From an uncultured Nitrospinota bacterium (lineage in GTDB: Bacteria > Tectomicrobia > Entotheonellia > J063 > CAVPRW01), in contig CAVPRW010000017.1 of the NCBI GenBank assembly GCA_963707985.1, forward strand, positions 32,001-96,000: a stretch of 64,000 nucleotides of DNA, in the 5' to 3' direction. A program made the position numbers and the translations under genes. Under the pieces are notes generated by a model. That model made no database searches. It was not told where the DNA came from and saw only the letters and a list, made by a program, of their open reading frames with translations. This document shows, one piece after another, positions 1 through 11,188 of the stretch (within the stretch, counting starts at the first letter, position 1; each line of letters begins with the position of its first letter).

Positions 1-1724
1 TCAAGCTAAACGTGCCGTCGCGGTTATTGTGGTAGATGCGCATGGGCCGCCCCTCGGGAGGGCCCTCGCCATGGATGAGGGTGTGCAAAACATGATCTTC
101 AGGGGACCAGGTGCACTGGACCAGGTCTAGCCAGCCGTCGTTGTCATAATCGCACCAAAACGCCACGGAGCCAAACGCGAGATCATCGAGACGTGCCTCC
201 CGGCTCACCTCCGTAAAGGTTCCATCCCTGTTATTGCGGAACAGCTGCGAACGCCCCACACCGCTGCTCAGAAACAGATCAGGATAGCCATCGTTGTTGT
301 AATCGCCCCAGGCACTCCCAATGGTCGGGACCATCGTGATCAGGCCCGCCGGCGCGGACACCTCGGTAAAGGTGCCATTGCCGTTGTTGTGGAACAGGCG
401 ATTCGGATTCTTGCGGTCGAATAAGCTGGACAGATTATTTGCGACAAAAAGGTCGAGATAGCCGTCGCAATCGTAGTCAACCCAGTGTGCGGTGAAACTC
501 GGTCCCCAGCACCCAACTCCGGCCTCGGCTGTCACGTTGGTGAACGTGCCGTTGCCATTATTCCGCAGCAGCATGGACTCGCCTACGTAGAAGCCGAGCC
601 GGGTGATGTAGAGATCATCCAGGCCATCGTTGTTATAGTCGCCGACGGCAATGATAAACGTGTTGACGCACTCTTCGAGGCCGGAGCCGATGGTCACGTC
701 GGTGAAAGTCCCGTCCCCGTTGTTACGGTACACCGAGCAGCCGCCGTGTCCTGAGGAGATGATAACGTCAAGATAACCATCACCGTCCATGTCGAAAATG
801 GCCGTACCCCGACCGGCAGCCGTTTTGTCGAGACCAATTTGTGCGGCCACATCTTCGAATTCCACACTCGGCGTGCCGCGCCCGGCTTTCACCTCGATCC
901 GGAATGGCTCCGGCACCGCCGCCGGATAACCTCCGAGTTGCTGTGCCGCCAGCCAAAGCCAGAAGCGCGTTCGCAAGCTATCGGGAGCAGATTGCAGCGA
1001 GCCGACCCCATGTTCTATGGCCTGTCGATAATCACCCCCGCGGTAACTCGCCACGGTGGCTTCGCTCAGCGCTTCGGCCCGCAGCGCTGGATCAGTCGCC
1101 GTGTGTACCAGCTCCCTTGCGGATTCCGGATAGAGCCCCAGCTTTGCATACATTTTGCCCAGCTGCAACCTGACAGCATGATTATCGGGATTCCTTTCGA
1201 GCTGCCTCTGATATCGTGCCATCTGTTCCTTGTACTGGAGACTGACCATGACGTGGATGTCGGTAAACGAATCGAGCATGTACGACATGAATCCGGAGAC
1301 TTTGTCGGGACCCACCACAGACGCGGCATACAGCGTCCGCAGGCTGAGCTGGGTCGTCAAGGTGCCCCAGGACAGGGGCAACTGAAGCGGTAGCGTGAGC
1401 CATTGGCGCGGATCGGCAGGGTTGAGACCGGCAAAGCTCTGTTGTAAGGAAAACGCGAGCTCGCGCCCCAGCTCCGCGGCATTTTCCGGTCGCAACGGGA
1501 GTTGTCCAGGCGATCCGCACCAGGCGGTTGCAGAGGTCTGCGACGGCTTCATCAAGTGTCACAGGGCCGTGGAGAGGCGGCTTCACCGGTAGTTCGGCGG
1601 GTGCGACGCCTGTCAGTCGGCCGATGGCAGACTGCATGGTCTTCATCGCCGAATCCATCATCACCATGCCACTCTCGGCGACCTCGGCCGAGACACGAAA
1701 CAGAGAATCGAACCATGTCGTCAT
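1..1724 (-). CDS. TPR + FG-GAP (CRTAC1/ASPIC-UnbV-type) protein, frameshifted, truncated by window edge
   Basis: Starts MTTWFDSLFRV. Later frames give IGLDKTAAGRGTAIFDMDGDGYLD, repeated NNGNGTFT and DYNNDGYPD motifs. Paralogous to 19574..21941. Confidence 0.8.
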
Positions 1725-1802
1725 AACCCTCCCGAACGGCGCTGCGGCCTTCGCTGCAAGAGTGCATGTTCCCTATGGCTGCGACGATACGCCCTGGGGC
1801 CA

Positions 1803-2633
1803 TCAGGCTAGCGGCTTCGGAAGTACGTAGTACACTGACTCGACAGCGCACCCGAAGCTGGCGGTCTCGGCCCTTTCGATTGGCCTACCCGCCAGAAACG
1901 CTGCGATCGCGGGCTCGAGATAGGCCTGATAATCGGGATCCTCCGGATATTTAAAATTGTCGATGGCGCCGCGATACATGAGCCTGAGCTCGGGGTTGAG
2001 CAGGAATGCCCGCGGCGTCTGTTGCGCGAACCACTGACGGGCGACAGATCCGGAAGCATCATGGAGGATGGGAAACATCAGGTTCCGGGCTGCTGCCGTC
2101 GCCCGGATCTGCTCGACCCCCTCCCCATGTCGGGAAGCAACTGCGACCAGGCCTACCTCAGGGTGCCGCGCGGCGAAGGTATTGAGATAGGAATCGTACC
2201 GCATGCAGTGCGAACAGGTCTCGGACCAGAATACGACCACGAGGCCCTTCTTCCCCGCGAGAAACGAGGCCAATGTCCGCTGTCCCCCGCGGATGTCAGG
2301 CAGCGTGAAGTCGGCGACAGTCGCGCCGAGTTGCTGTGTAGGCACGGCAACGGGTGCTTCACGCGTAGGTGTCTTAGACGCGGCATGCAGCATCTGAAGG
2401 CTCATCTGGGTCGCCAGGGTGCCCAGGGACAGGGGCAACTGCAGCGGCATGGTGAGCCATTGGCGCGGGTCGGCGAGGTTGAGACCGGAAAAGCTCTGGC
2501 GTTCGGCGGGTGCGACGCCTGTCAGTTGGCCGATGGCAGACTGCATGGTCTTCATCGCCGAATCCATCATTACAATGCCACTCTCGGCGACCTGGGCCGA
2601 GACACGAAACAGAGAATCGAACCATGTCGTCAT
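1803..2633 (-). CDS. AhpC/TSA redoxin (thioredoxin fold) with an N-terminal extension homologous to the neighbouring CRTAC1-like gene
   Basis: Motifs DFTLPD, FWSETCSHC, TPRAFLL, YRGAIDN, FGC. Confidence 0.85.
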   Translation of the reverse strand: MTTWFDSLFRVSAQVAESGIVMMDSAMKTMQSAIGQLTGVAPAERQSFSGLNLADPRQWLTMPLQLPLSLGTLATQMSLQMLHAASKTPTREAPVAVPTQQLGATVADFTLPDIRGGQRTLASFLAGKKGLVVVFWSETCSHCMRYDSYLNTFAARHPEVGLVAVASRHGEGVEQIRATAAARNLMFPILHDASGSVARQWFAQQTPRAFLLNPELRLMYRGAIDNFKYPEDPDYQAYLEPAIAAFLAGRPIERAETASFGCAVESVYYVLPKPLA

Positions 2634-2803
2634 AACACTCCCTTACGGCGCTGCGGCCCGCATACACCAGCGGATACCCCTCTATGGCTGCGACGATGCG
2701 CCCTGCCCCTGCCCTCTATACTGGACCACACAAGATAGGCACAGTGAGGCCATACTCTGATGCGGTGGATAGGCCCGCCCTCCCATAACCAGGAGTCCCT
2801 GCC

Positions 2804-3260
2804 ATGCCGCAAACCACCGTACTCGATATCCCCCAGGAGGAACAGGCCCAGATGCTCGCGGCGCGGCGCCGTCCCCGATATGGCTCCGTCCTGGCGTTGC
2901 ATGTGCTGTTGCTGTGTGCGGCGGGGTACACCCTAACCGAGATTACAGCCGTCTTGTTCTGCCCACGCTCCAGTGTCTATCGCGCCGTATACGCTTGCCG
3001 TGCCGGCACCCTGACTTGGACCACCGACGAGGATAGGACGATGGCCGCACCAGTGCGCACCGCCATCCGGATGTCGTGGCTGGCCGGTCGCTGGATGCCT
3101 TGAGCAAGGCACCTCCGCGACGCCTATGGCTGGTACCGGAAGCACCGGGGGGTTACGCGACGCTGGCCGCACGAACTCGGCTGGGTCTGGAAACGGGCCA
3201 AGCTGATGGCCAAAGATACCGATCCCCAACGGGTCGAGCGGTTGGCCCGAATTAGGCTGA
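2804..3260 (+). mobile_element. IS630-family transposase remnant
   Basis: MPQTTVLDIPQEEQAQMLAA..RYG..LHVLLLCAAG..EITAVLFCPRSSVYR (HTH), then out-of-frame LGWVWKRAKLMAKDTDPQRVERLARIR. No DDE part. Confidence 0.7.
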
Positions 3261-3596
3261 TGTTAAGCGTCCCAGCGTGCTCAGACAATAGATCGAGGAC
3301 CCAGATACAGATCTAGAGCGCCGAAAAAAAAAGGCCTACATTAAGTAGACCCTCTCTCGAATTGGACGCGATAGGTACTAGTACTTGATGATATTCATGA
3401 GAAGGGATGCAAGGCGCTGTAACGTATGCGAATGTCTGTGGTTGCTTGGCCGGTTTGACCATCTGGGGCGGTCTGGAAAGGGCAGCGCCAACTTGCACAA
3501 CCTGGGCGAGAAGCCCGGACGAGATTTCCTTCACGCAGTCCGTCGCCTCCCCCGGCGGCAGGAGTTTGTCTCCTCTGGCCGCCCAGCCAAGTGCAC

Positions 3597-4618
3597 TCAG
3601 GGATCCGTCGGCAAGCGTTCCAAGACCTTCGCCGTGCCAATCGAAGTCATAAGTGCCTTGCCGCGCAGGGCGCTCAGGCCCGACTCGAGGCGTACGAGAC
3701 CAGCGCCCAGCGCCGTGCTCACCGTCACCTCAAAGATTTGATCGTCGGTAAAGCCCGCCTGATGAAGCGAAGTCATATCCTCGTCAGTTACCTTGTAGGC
3801 ATGCTTCACAACCTTCTGCACATATGGGGCTAGTGCAGGGGGTAGCTCAGCCGCCAGGCTTGCAGCCTTGCGTACCGTGGGTCTAGCAACCCTGGTCCAG
3901 AGAGTACCGCTTCCTGTAGCTGCTTCAGCTTTGCCGCCATAGGGATCAGCCGCGGTGTGGTTCTCTCTCTGTGTGTTTTCCATCTTCAGGCCATACCTAT
4001 GTCGGCTGCCGGTACGTCCAATCTGCAGACCGCTCAACAGCTTGTACCCTAAGACAAGAGAAAACTTTACTCCCCTGGCAAACACCTTGGGCGGCGGAAC
4101 CCTGACGCCAAGCGCATCGGCGACCCGATTGATGATATTAAACCCCACACAGATGTATATCGCGTCGGCGATCGCTTGATCTGTCAGTCCCTCAGCTCGC
4201 AAGGCGGCTACATCCTCAGACCCAAGTTGGTCGGGTAAGAGCGTCAGCTTCTCGATAAAGCCCAGCATCGACCGCAATTTCCCGCTGATCGGGGCCGTGC
4301 GCCAGTCCGTGAAGACTGCCTGGGTGACTTCTTGACCAAGTCCCGCCGACGCGACCGCGCCGTGCGCGTTGGCTCAGAACACACAACGATTCACTTTCGA
4401 GGTGAAGGCACCAAATAACTCACGCTCGCCAACACTCCAAGTGGACGGACCTCGCAGGACGGCGTGTCCCAGGTCGCAGAAAGGTTTCCCGAAATATTCA
4501 GGACGGTACATAAAGATTTTAATGATGTCCACCGGCGCCGAGAAGGTGATGATACGTATGAAAACCAGTAGCAGTCTTTGTGGCCACCGATGTCCAAACT
4601 CTACTTGGACACTCGCAT
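3597..4618 (-). CDS. AhpD/carboxymuconolactone decarboxylase-like protein with in-frame TGA in a CxxU motif (probable selenoprotein), fused to a second CMD-like domain
   Basis: WSVGERELFGAFTSKVNRCVF-TGA(4376-4374)-ANAHGAVA reads on in frame into ORF 3597..4277. GGAG RBS before ATG at 4618, with a likely 1-nt indel just after the start. Confidence 0.75.
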
Positions 4619-4865
4619 GCGCACTCCATGGCAGAAATACTTTACCCCCGCCTTCGATCCCCCCTCGACCATGAGATCTACGAAGCAGAAATAGCGATGT
4701 CGCGCCGGCGTTGGGAGAGCTCTTGCCTGACACTGCCTGGCATCGCACAGTATATGCCAAGCCAGTATATGCAGGACTGCAGGTCGGGTCAACGATGATG
4801 GCGCTGGTACAACCGCGGACTGTCCCGCAGCGTGAAGTTCCGGCTAGGTAAATGGCAATTATTTA

Positions 4866-5609
4866 TTACATGTACAGGCCACCGTCGACGGTGAACACTT
4901 GGCCCGTGACGTAGGAAGCGTCCTTGGAGAGGAGAAATTTCACCACCCGAGCGACTTCCTCGGGGTCGCCAAAGCGCCCCATGGGGATGGTGGCGAGCAA
5001 CTGATGGCGCAGTTGTTCGGGCATAGCCTCCAGCATATCCGTGGTGATGAACCCAGGGGACACGGCGTTGACCGTGATGCCGGTTTTCGCGACCTCCTTT
5101 GCCAGTGCCTTGGTAAATCCGATGATGCCAGCCTTAGAGGCGGAATAGTTGGTCTGACCGGGGAGCCCCGTTTGGCCGCTCACCGAGGTAATATTCACAA
5201 TACGTCCACTTCTCTGTTTCATGAACGCATATACGGCGGCCCGCGAGAAATTGATCGTCCCGTACAAATTGGTTTCGATCACGGCCCGCCAATCTTCCTC
5301 CTGCATCATGGCCAGAGGCTTATCGCGCGTAATACCGGCGTTATTGACCAGCATATCGATCCGGCCAAAGCGTTCCTTGACGGCCACGAGAACAGCCTTG
5401 GCGCCTTCAAAATCGGTCACATCTCGCTGGAAGCCTACAGTCTCGCCCCTTTGTTCTTCCACTTCCTTACAGAGGGTATTAGCAGCTTCTCGATTGGTTT
5501 GGTAGGTGAACGCCACTTTGACACCGCTGGCAATCAATTCCAGGACGATTGCCCTACCAATGCCACGGCTTCCACCCGTGACAATGGCGACCTTCCCTGT
5601 AAGCGACAT
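4866..5609 (-). CDS. fabG: 3-oxoacyl-ACP reductase
   Basis: TGGSRGIG, NNAGITRD, NYSASKAG, VDGG motifs; intact 247 aa. Confidence 0.95.
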   Translation of the reverse strand: MSLTGKVAIVTGGSRGIGRAIVLELIASGVKVAFTYQTNREAANTLCKEVEEQRGETVGFQRDVTDFEGAKAVLVAVKERFGRIDMLVNNAGITRDKPLAMMQEEDWRAVIETNLYGTINFSRAAVYAFMKQRSGRIVNITSVSGQTGLPGQTNYSASKAGIIGFTKALAKEVAKTGITVNAVSPGFITTDMLEAMPEQLRHQLLATIPMGRFGDPEEVARVVKFLLSKDASYVTGQVFTVDGGLYM

Positions 5610-6346
5610 GGTTAGGCTCCTTTAGCTCTACGTTCTTCCAGTGTTTACGCAGTCGGCGTATCAATTGTTGCCGGGGTGACTTGTCACGCCCAGGCTCGCC
5701 AAGAAAACCGGGAGGCCTGAGGCTTTCGTCGATCTCCCAAGCAGTCAGTGTCAAATGGGTGCGGCATTCACCCGCCACAAGGTGGGAAAATGCCAGCACC
5801 TGACGCCCGCTGGCCAGAACGTTGAAATCTGCTTGGGAGAGGTCAGCGGGCACGTCATCATTGAGCGCTACCTGGCAGCTAAAATGCCGGAAGCATCCGT
5901 CGAGCTGAAACATCAGATGTACCAGAGGGAACGTGCTCAAGGCATGATGGTATGGATGTCCCCGGACCATGACCGACTTGCCTTCATATCCAAGGCTGCC
6001 GTCCATCCCCAGAGGACTGGAGCCAACTTCGACGGTATGTAGGGAGAGCGGATCGAAGTACATGGCAGGTGCATTGGCTCCACGGCAATCATCCGGCACA
6101 GCCGTATGCGCCGGTACCTGAGTAGCCGACATCGAAGCAATAATGATGGCATTCCTGCATGCGTGTAGGGCCTTCAACCGATGACCGTGACAGCGGCCTG
6201 GTAGGATGCCAGGGTGTCCGCAGAAAACATGCGAGGTCGGTTGATGCCCTGCCACCCTGCACGATCAAGATAGCGGCCAGGCACACATTAATATCAAACG
6301 CCCGGCAGCCCGGTGGCAAGGTCGCCCACTGGATACGTGCCATCAT
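5581..6346 (-). pseudogene. Degenerate gene with an NPCBM/NEW2-like carbohydrate-binding segment
   Basis: LGMDGSLGYEGKSVMVRG..YHHALST..FQLDGCFRHFSCQVALND resembles NPCBM; reading frame is broken. Confidence 0.35.
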
Positions 6347-6420
6347 CGATGATCAATAGTTCCTTGCATTTCCCTCCACGTATTCTCTGCGCCAACACCT
6401 ACGCTCGGAGCAGACTGAGG

Positions 6421-7044
6421 TCAGGCCGCCCGAGGAAAGCCGGGAAGCTTGAGGATATCGCCGATTTGCGACTGATGCCTCTGCTCGTGGAGTGCGACAA
6501 TGCGCAGCAATTGCAGCACATTGTTGACGCCCATCAGCGGATGTTGGTGAATCATGGCCTGGTAGTCTAGCGTCGAGTTCGCTGCAAAGAGAGCCTCCGT
6601 CTCTTGCAGAGAAGCGCGCAGCTCCTGGCGCAGTTCGTCGAGGGATCGACCTTTGCGTGGTGTCCCAACGTCCGGGCTTTGCGCCGGCACCAGTCGATAA
6701 CGAGTCAGGAATTCGCGTGCGGAGCGCGGAACGACCATGCTCAACAACCGAAATGGCACTTCGAGATATGGCAGCATAGCCTTTGGGGATGTATGCCATG
6801 GACACATTCACATCCGCGAATGTGCGCTTGAGAGATGGCCTGCGGCCGTTCTTCGCCATGTCGATCAGCTCCGCGATGTCCCGACGATTGAGAGCCTCCG
6901 CCAGCAGGAGATGGTCCAGCACCTCCCCCACAGACCACTGGCCGGGGCCGGGCGAGAATTCGATCTGGACTTGGGTCAGTCCTTCAACGAGATCCAAGGT
7001 GCGCTGTCGAGCGGCGCCAAATAAGGCGAGGTCGGACTGATACA
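6421..7044 (-). CDS. DinB family protein (one frameshift near 6785)
   Basis: WSVGEVLDHLLLAE ... HPLMG ... ALHEQRHQSQI. Confidence 0.85.
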
Positions 7045-7091
7045 TGGGTACTCTCCTTTTGAACCCAGAGCCGTTTTGCTGAAGCTCGGCA

Positions 7092-8609
7092 TCATGACCT
7101 CGGGCGAGAGGCGGAGAGAGGGATTCTGTGGCTGGCGGCATCCCCACCTGCCGTAGTCGCTTTGCTCCTCTGGTACGCAGAGATGGGGATCAAAAGCCGC
7201 AGCAATGGGGTCGTTGCTAATGTCGTCACGAGCGCCATGATCACCATCATAGCAAATAAGGTGGGGGAGATGATGCCCAGGTCGAGCCCAATGTTGAGGA
7301 CAATGAGTTCCATCAAGCCTCGGGTATTCATCAGGATGCCAAGTGCTGCCGAGTAACGCCAGCTGAGACCTGTCAGCCGTGCGGCTGCGAGTGATCCCCC
7401 AAATTTCCCACTCGTGGCCACCAAGATAATCATGCCGCAGACGAACCACTGTTCCACACCCGCGACCAAACCGATCTGCGTCCGCATCCCAGTGAAGGCA
7501 AAAAAACCAGGCAGCAGGACGACGCCTACCAGATCCTCCAATTTCTCCGTGAAGGCACGGGTGAGGGTGCTATCGTGAGGGATCACGGCACCGAGGAAGA
7601 ATGCCCCGAAAATGGCATGGACACCAATATACTCGGTGGTCAGGGCGGAGAGGAACAGCGCGACGAACACGAGAGGGACGAGTCGTTGGGGGAATGGCGC
7701 TTCGCCAGAGCGCGCTATGCGGTGCTTAATTAGAGGTTGCACGATAACCAACATGAAGCCAACATAGGTCAGCGTCAATAGCATGACCAGCAACGCCCCG
7801 CCTACCTTCGCTTGCGTCACGCCGACCACAAAGGCGAGTAAGCACCAAGCTGTAACATCATCTATTGCCGCACATGTGAGCGCAATCACTCCGATGTCGG
7901 TCTTGCTCATCTGCTGGTCGGTCAAAATCCGCGCTAGTACGGGAAATGCGGTGATCGACATGGACACGCCCAAAAAGAGGGCGAAGTTCGTAAATGGGAC
8001 GTCGTTGCTGGAAAGCCGCGGATAGAGGCTTAGCGCCAGGAGCGAGCCCAGCAAGAATGGTGCGATAATACTCACATGCGAGATCGCGATAGTGGCGTGG
8101 GCTCGTTTCCGCAGGTGTCCCACGTTCAGCTCAAGACCAACGATAAACATGTATAAGATGACTCCTAGCTGAGCGATCACTCCCAGAAACGGGGCGACCG
8201 CTGGTGGGAGTATGTAGGTTGAAATCTCCGGCGCTAGGCGCCCTAGAAAGGAGGGTCCCAGCAGGATACCGGCCACGACTTCGCCGATGACAGGTGGCTG
8301 CTGTAGGAAAAGGAACAGCTTACCGATGACCCGACCCGTCACAATGACCACTACGAGGGCCAAGAGAATGTGCCAGAAGACATCAACTTGTGGGATTGTA
8401 TTCGCGCGATGGAGGAGAGGCGGCTCGAGTGCAGCTGGCGCCGTGAGGAGCTCTCCATAGAGGCGGATGAGGAGAAAGAGCCCGATAGTCGAGAGCACCA
8501 TCACGCCGTACGCAGCCGTCGTCCAGATCCGCGTCGGAGTGGTCCGTTGCAGAGGGTGTTCCATGTTTCTGGTCCTTATGATCACTGCCTGACGTCGAGA
8601 GTGCGACAC
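7092..8609 (-). CDS. Cation:proton antiporter (CPA2/Kef family)
   Basis: QPPVIGEVVAGILLGPS, SITAFPVLARIL, AAIDD, MNTRGLMEL; many TM helices. Confidence 0.92.
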   Translation of the reverse strand: MSHSRRQAVIIRTRNMEHPLQRTTPTRIWTTAAYGVMVLSTIGLFLLIRLYGELLTAPAALEPPLLHRANTIPQVDVFWHILLALVVVIVTGRVIGKLFLFLQQPPVIGEVVAGILLGPSFLGRLAPEISTYILPPAVAPFLGVIAQLGVILYMFIVGLELNVGHLRKRAHATIAISHVSIIAPFLLGSLLALSLYPRLSSNDVPFTNFALFLGVSMSITAFPVLARILTDQQMSKTDIGVIALTCAAIDDVTAWCLLAFVVGVTQAKVGGALLVMLLTLTYVGFMLVIVQPLIKHRIARSGEAPFPQRLVPLVFVALFLSALTTEYIGVHAIFGAFFLGAVIPHDSTLTRAFTEKLEDLVGVVLLPGFFAFTGMRTQIGLVAGVEQWFVCGMIILVATSGKFGGSLAAARLTGLSWRYSAALGILMNTRGLMELIVLNIGLDLGIISPTLFAMMVIMALVTTLATTPLLRLLIPISAYQRSKATTAGGDAASHRIPLSASRPRS

Positions 8610-8743
8610 GACCTTGGATGGATGAAGTGAAGGTTACGTTCTCTTTACCCATTCCTCTCAAGACTTGCGTCCGACTACGCGAGCTCTCTTTTTCCACGAT
8701 CGCGACCAGCCGAAAGCGGCGATTGACTGTGCTCCGCCACATC

Positions 8744-9367
8744 TCAACCCGCTTTAAGGAACTGGGCATTCGGGAGCAAGTCGGCAATGTGCGCTTGGTG
8801 GCGTTCTTCGTGCAGTCCCATGCTGTACAGCAGATAGGGCACATTCTGGGTGCCCAACAACGAGTGTTGGTGCAGCAGCGTGTCGTAGTCGAGGTCGGGG
8901 TGGGTCGCACACAGTGCCGCCAGTTCTTCGAAGGAAAAGCACAGTCCAGCGTACAGTTCGGCTGTGGACCGGCCTCGCCGCAGGGTGGCCGTATCGGCCG
9001 TTCGCGCGGGGATCAGTCGATAACGCACAAAAACTTCCCGTACGTGGTCCGGCACGACCATATTCAGCAAGTTAAAGGGGACTTCGAGAAACGGCAGCAT
9101 GCACTTCGGCATGAAGAAGGGGGTGATGTTAAACTCGGCGGCCGAGCGATAGAGGTGCGGGGGCTTGCCGGCCTTGGTGAGTTCGATCAGTTCGGCAACA
9201 TCCCTGCGGATGATCTCGACGGATAAGATGAGCTGGTCCACCACTTCGCCGATGGACCAGCTACCCGGCGCCGGGGCCTCATCCAGCTGCGCCTGAGAGA
9301 GCCCCTGAACCAGGGCCAAGGTGCGTGCGCGAATCGCGCGAAACCGTTCGAAATGAGTCGTCAGCAT
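8744..9367 (-). CDS. DinB family protein
   Basis: WSIGEVVDQL, GLHEERHQAHI. Confidence 0.85.
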   Translation of the reverse strand: MLTTHFERFRAIRARTLALVQGLSQAQLDEAPAPGSWSIGEVVDQLILSVEIIRRDVAELIELTKAGKPPHLYRSAAEFNITPFFMPKCMLPFLEVPFNLLNMVVPDHVREVFVRYRLIPARTADTATLRRGRSTAELYAGLCFSFEELAALCATHPDLDYDTLLHQHSLLGTQNVPYLLYSMGLHEERHQAHIADLLPNAQFLKAG

Positions 9368-9370
9368 GCG

Positions 9371-10821
9371 TTAGTCTCCCCGGCGGAACGAGGCGTGAAA
9401 GAGGAGCGGGAAGGGGCTCCCGCAAGCGCAGCATCGCCACCGGACCGCTGGCCACATGAAACGCATCAAAGAGCGCAAAGGCGCTGGTCCTGTGCTCGGC
9501 ATCGAAGACCTGACACAGGATCGTCCCCGTCCGCTGATGACGCGGATCACTGATGCAGATCGGTTCGCCTCCGAGATACTGCCGCGCTGGTGCTTGATAG
9601 ATGTCGCCGGCGGTCGCCTCCCCCCAATCCGCGTGGACCAATTGATCGAAGAACTTCCGTCCACGTCGGCCGGTCGCTGACATTCCGAGCATCCAGAAGT
9701 CGCGGTATGCCTGGGTGACTTGCCTCGGATCAATCGACGGGAAATCAGGTGCTAGGCGATAGTCAATCTCCCACCGTTCTATCACTTCGTGGCTGTTCAT
9801 GTCCACGACGAAGCGTACCGGGTGTCCTGCGCTGACATCGGTGAAAAGATCGGGCACCACCTGGTATTGGTCGTAGAGCGGCCGGTCATACTCAATGACA
9901 TCGACCATCAGGCGATTGTCCGCTTCAAAGCAGTTGATCAGATGCAGACAGTAGCGCTGGCCAATGGGAATCGTGGCGGTTTCCTCACCGCTGTCGCGCG
10001 AGACAATACGCAACTGGCTGCCGCGTTCTGGCTCCCACCGGAGTGCATGCATCAGGGTCCGACCCTCGCCGTAGCAGCGTTTCGATGTCCACAATGTACG
10101 GGCTCAAGTAAAAGACGGCATAACTTGGGCTCATGGCGAAATCGTGCATCGAACAGGGAAAGTCGAGTCGCAGGCGCTTGCGATAGAGCAGTTGCGCTTG
10201 CGCACCGAAGCGATAGACATTTAACGTCGGCTGTGTGGCGGAGAAGGAGACGCCAAAGTTGAACATCTCACCAGTGGCCGGGTCAACCTTCGGATGCGCA
10301 GCGAAGGGGCTGACGTCGTTCAGGCGCTTGCCGAAGGTGAACACCCCGCGCGTTTCAAGCGTCAGCGGATCAAGTTCCCACGGCAGGCCCTGTTCACCAA
10401 ACGCCAGGAGCCTGCCAGCGTAGGGATAGACGCTCACGTTTACCGGCGACTCAAGCGCGATGCCACGCTTCATGTAATCGGCTTCGAAGGCGGTGCCGAA
10501 GGTGCGAAAGATGGGGTAACCGGCACTCTCTTCGGTGATGAATTTGTGACTTCTGACAAAGCGGTTGATAAAGACCACGCGCCCCCGCTCAAACCGCAGT
10601 GCGCAGACCATGCCGTCGCCATCGAGCCAGTGGCGGTACTGCAATCCCGCCCGGGCGAATCGAGCCGGACCGTTGAGATAATACGTCCCCCGCAGGAAAT
10701 CTGGGACCTCGCCCGTGATCTCTTCGATGGAGTACGATAACTCAGGGGGATTAAGGGAGAACAGCTGCTCTAACCCTGGGGCGTGGTCATCAACCGATGG
10801 TCTCGTGTTCAGCACGCTCAT
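9371..10821 (-). CDS. Carotenoid/lignostilbene cleavage oxygenase family (RPE65-like), frameshifts near 10075 and 9420
   Basis: GTYYLNGP, HWLDGDGM, and four candidate Fe-ligand His in FAAHPK, SMHDF, CLHLINC, LLFHASF. Confidence 0.9.
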
Positions 10822-10849
10822 AGCCTCACCCTCTCACGGACGCGCCGTG

Positions 10850-11070
10850 CTGGTTCCACTTACATCAGCAGCGCTGCCATTGCCCAAGACCCCTAGTTCA
10901 TTCCAACCCTCTCCCCCAGCGCAAGCGCAGGGAGCCACATCTTCATACAGCCAGAAATGTTCCAGGTCAGCAGCTGTTTCCACGCTCGACCGCCCTGGTT
11001 GGAACACCATGAAGGCGACATTGACCGCTCCGACAGACGTGCCGGTAAAGATGTCCCCGTCGATCGCAGA
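10850..11070 (-). pseudogene. Patatin-like phospholipase fragment
   Basis: DIFTGTSVGAVNVAFMV..AADLEHFWL parallels the intact patatin motif at about 31.9 kb. Confidence 0.6.
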
Positions 11071-11188
11071 GTCCAGATAGAGACGAACTCGGGATCCTGG
11101 GCGGGTACTGGAAGTTATCGATCACTCCGCCTTCTACGGCGAGGCCTCAGGCGTGCTCTCATGCGGTCGAGAGGGTCCCGCCAAAAGG

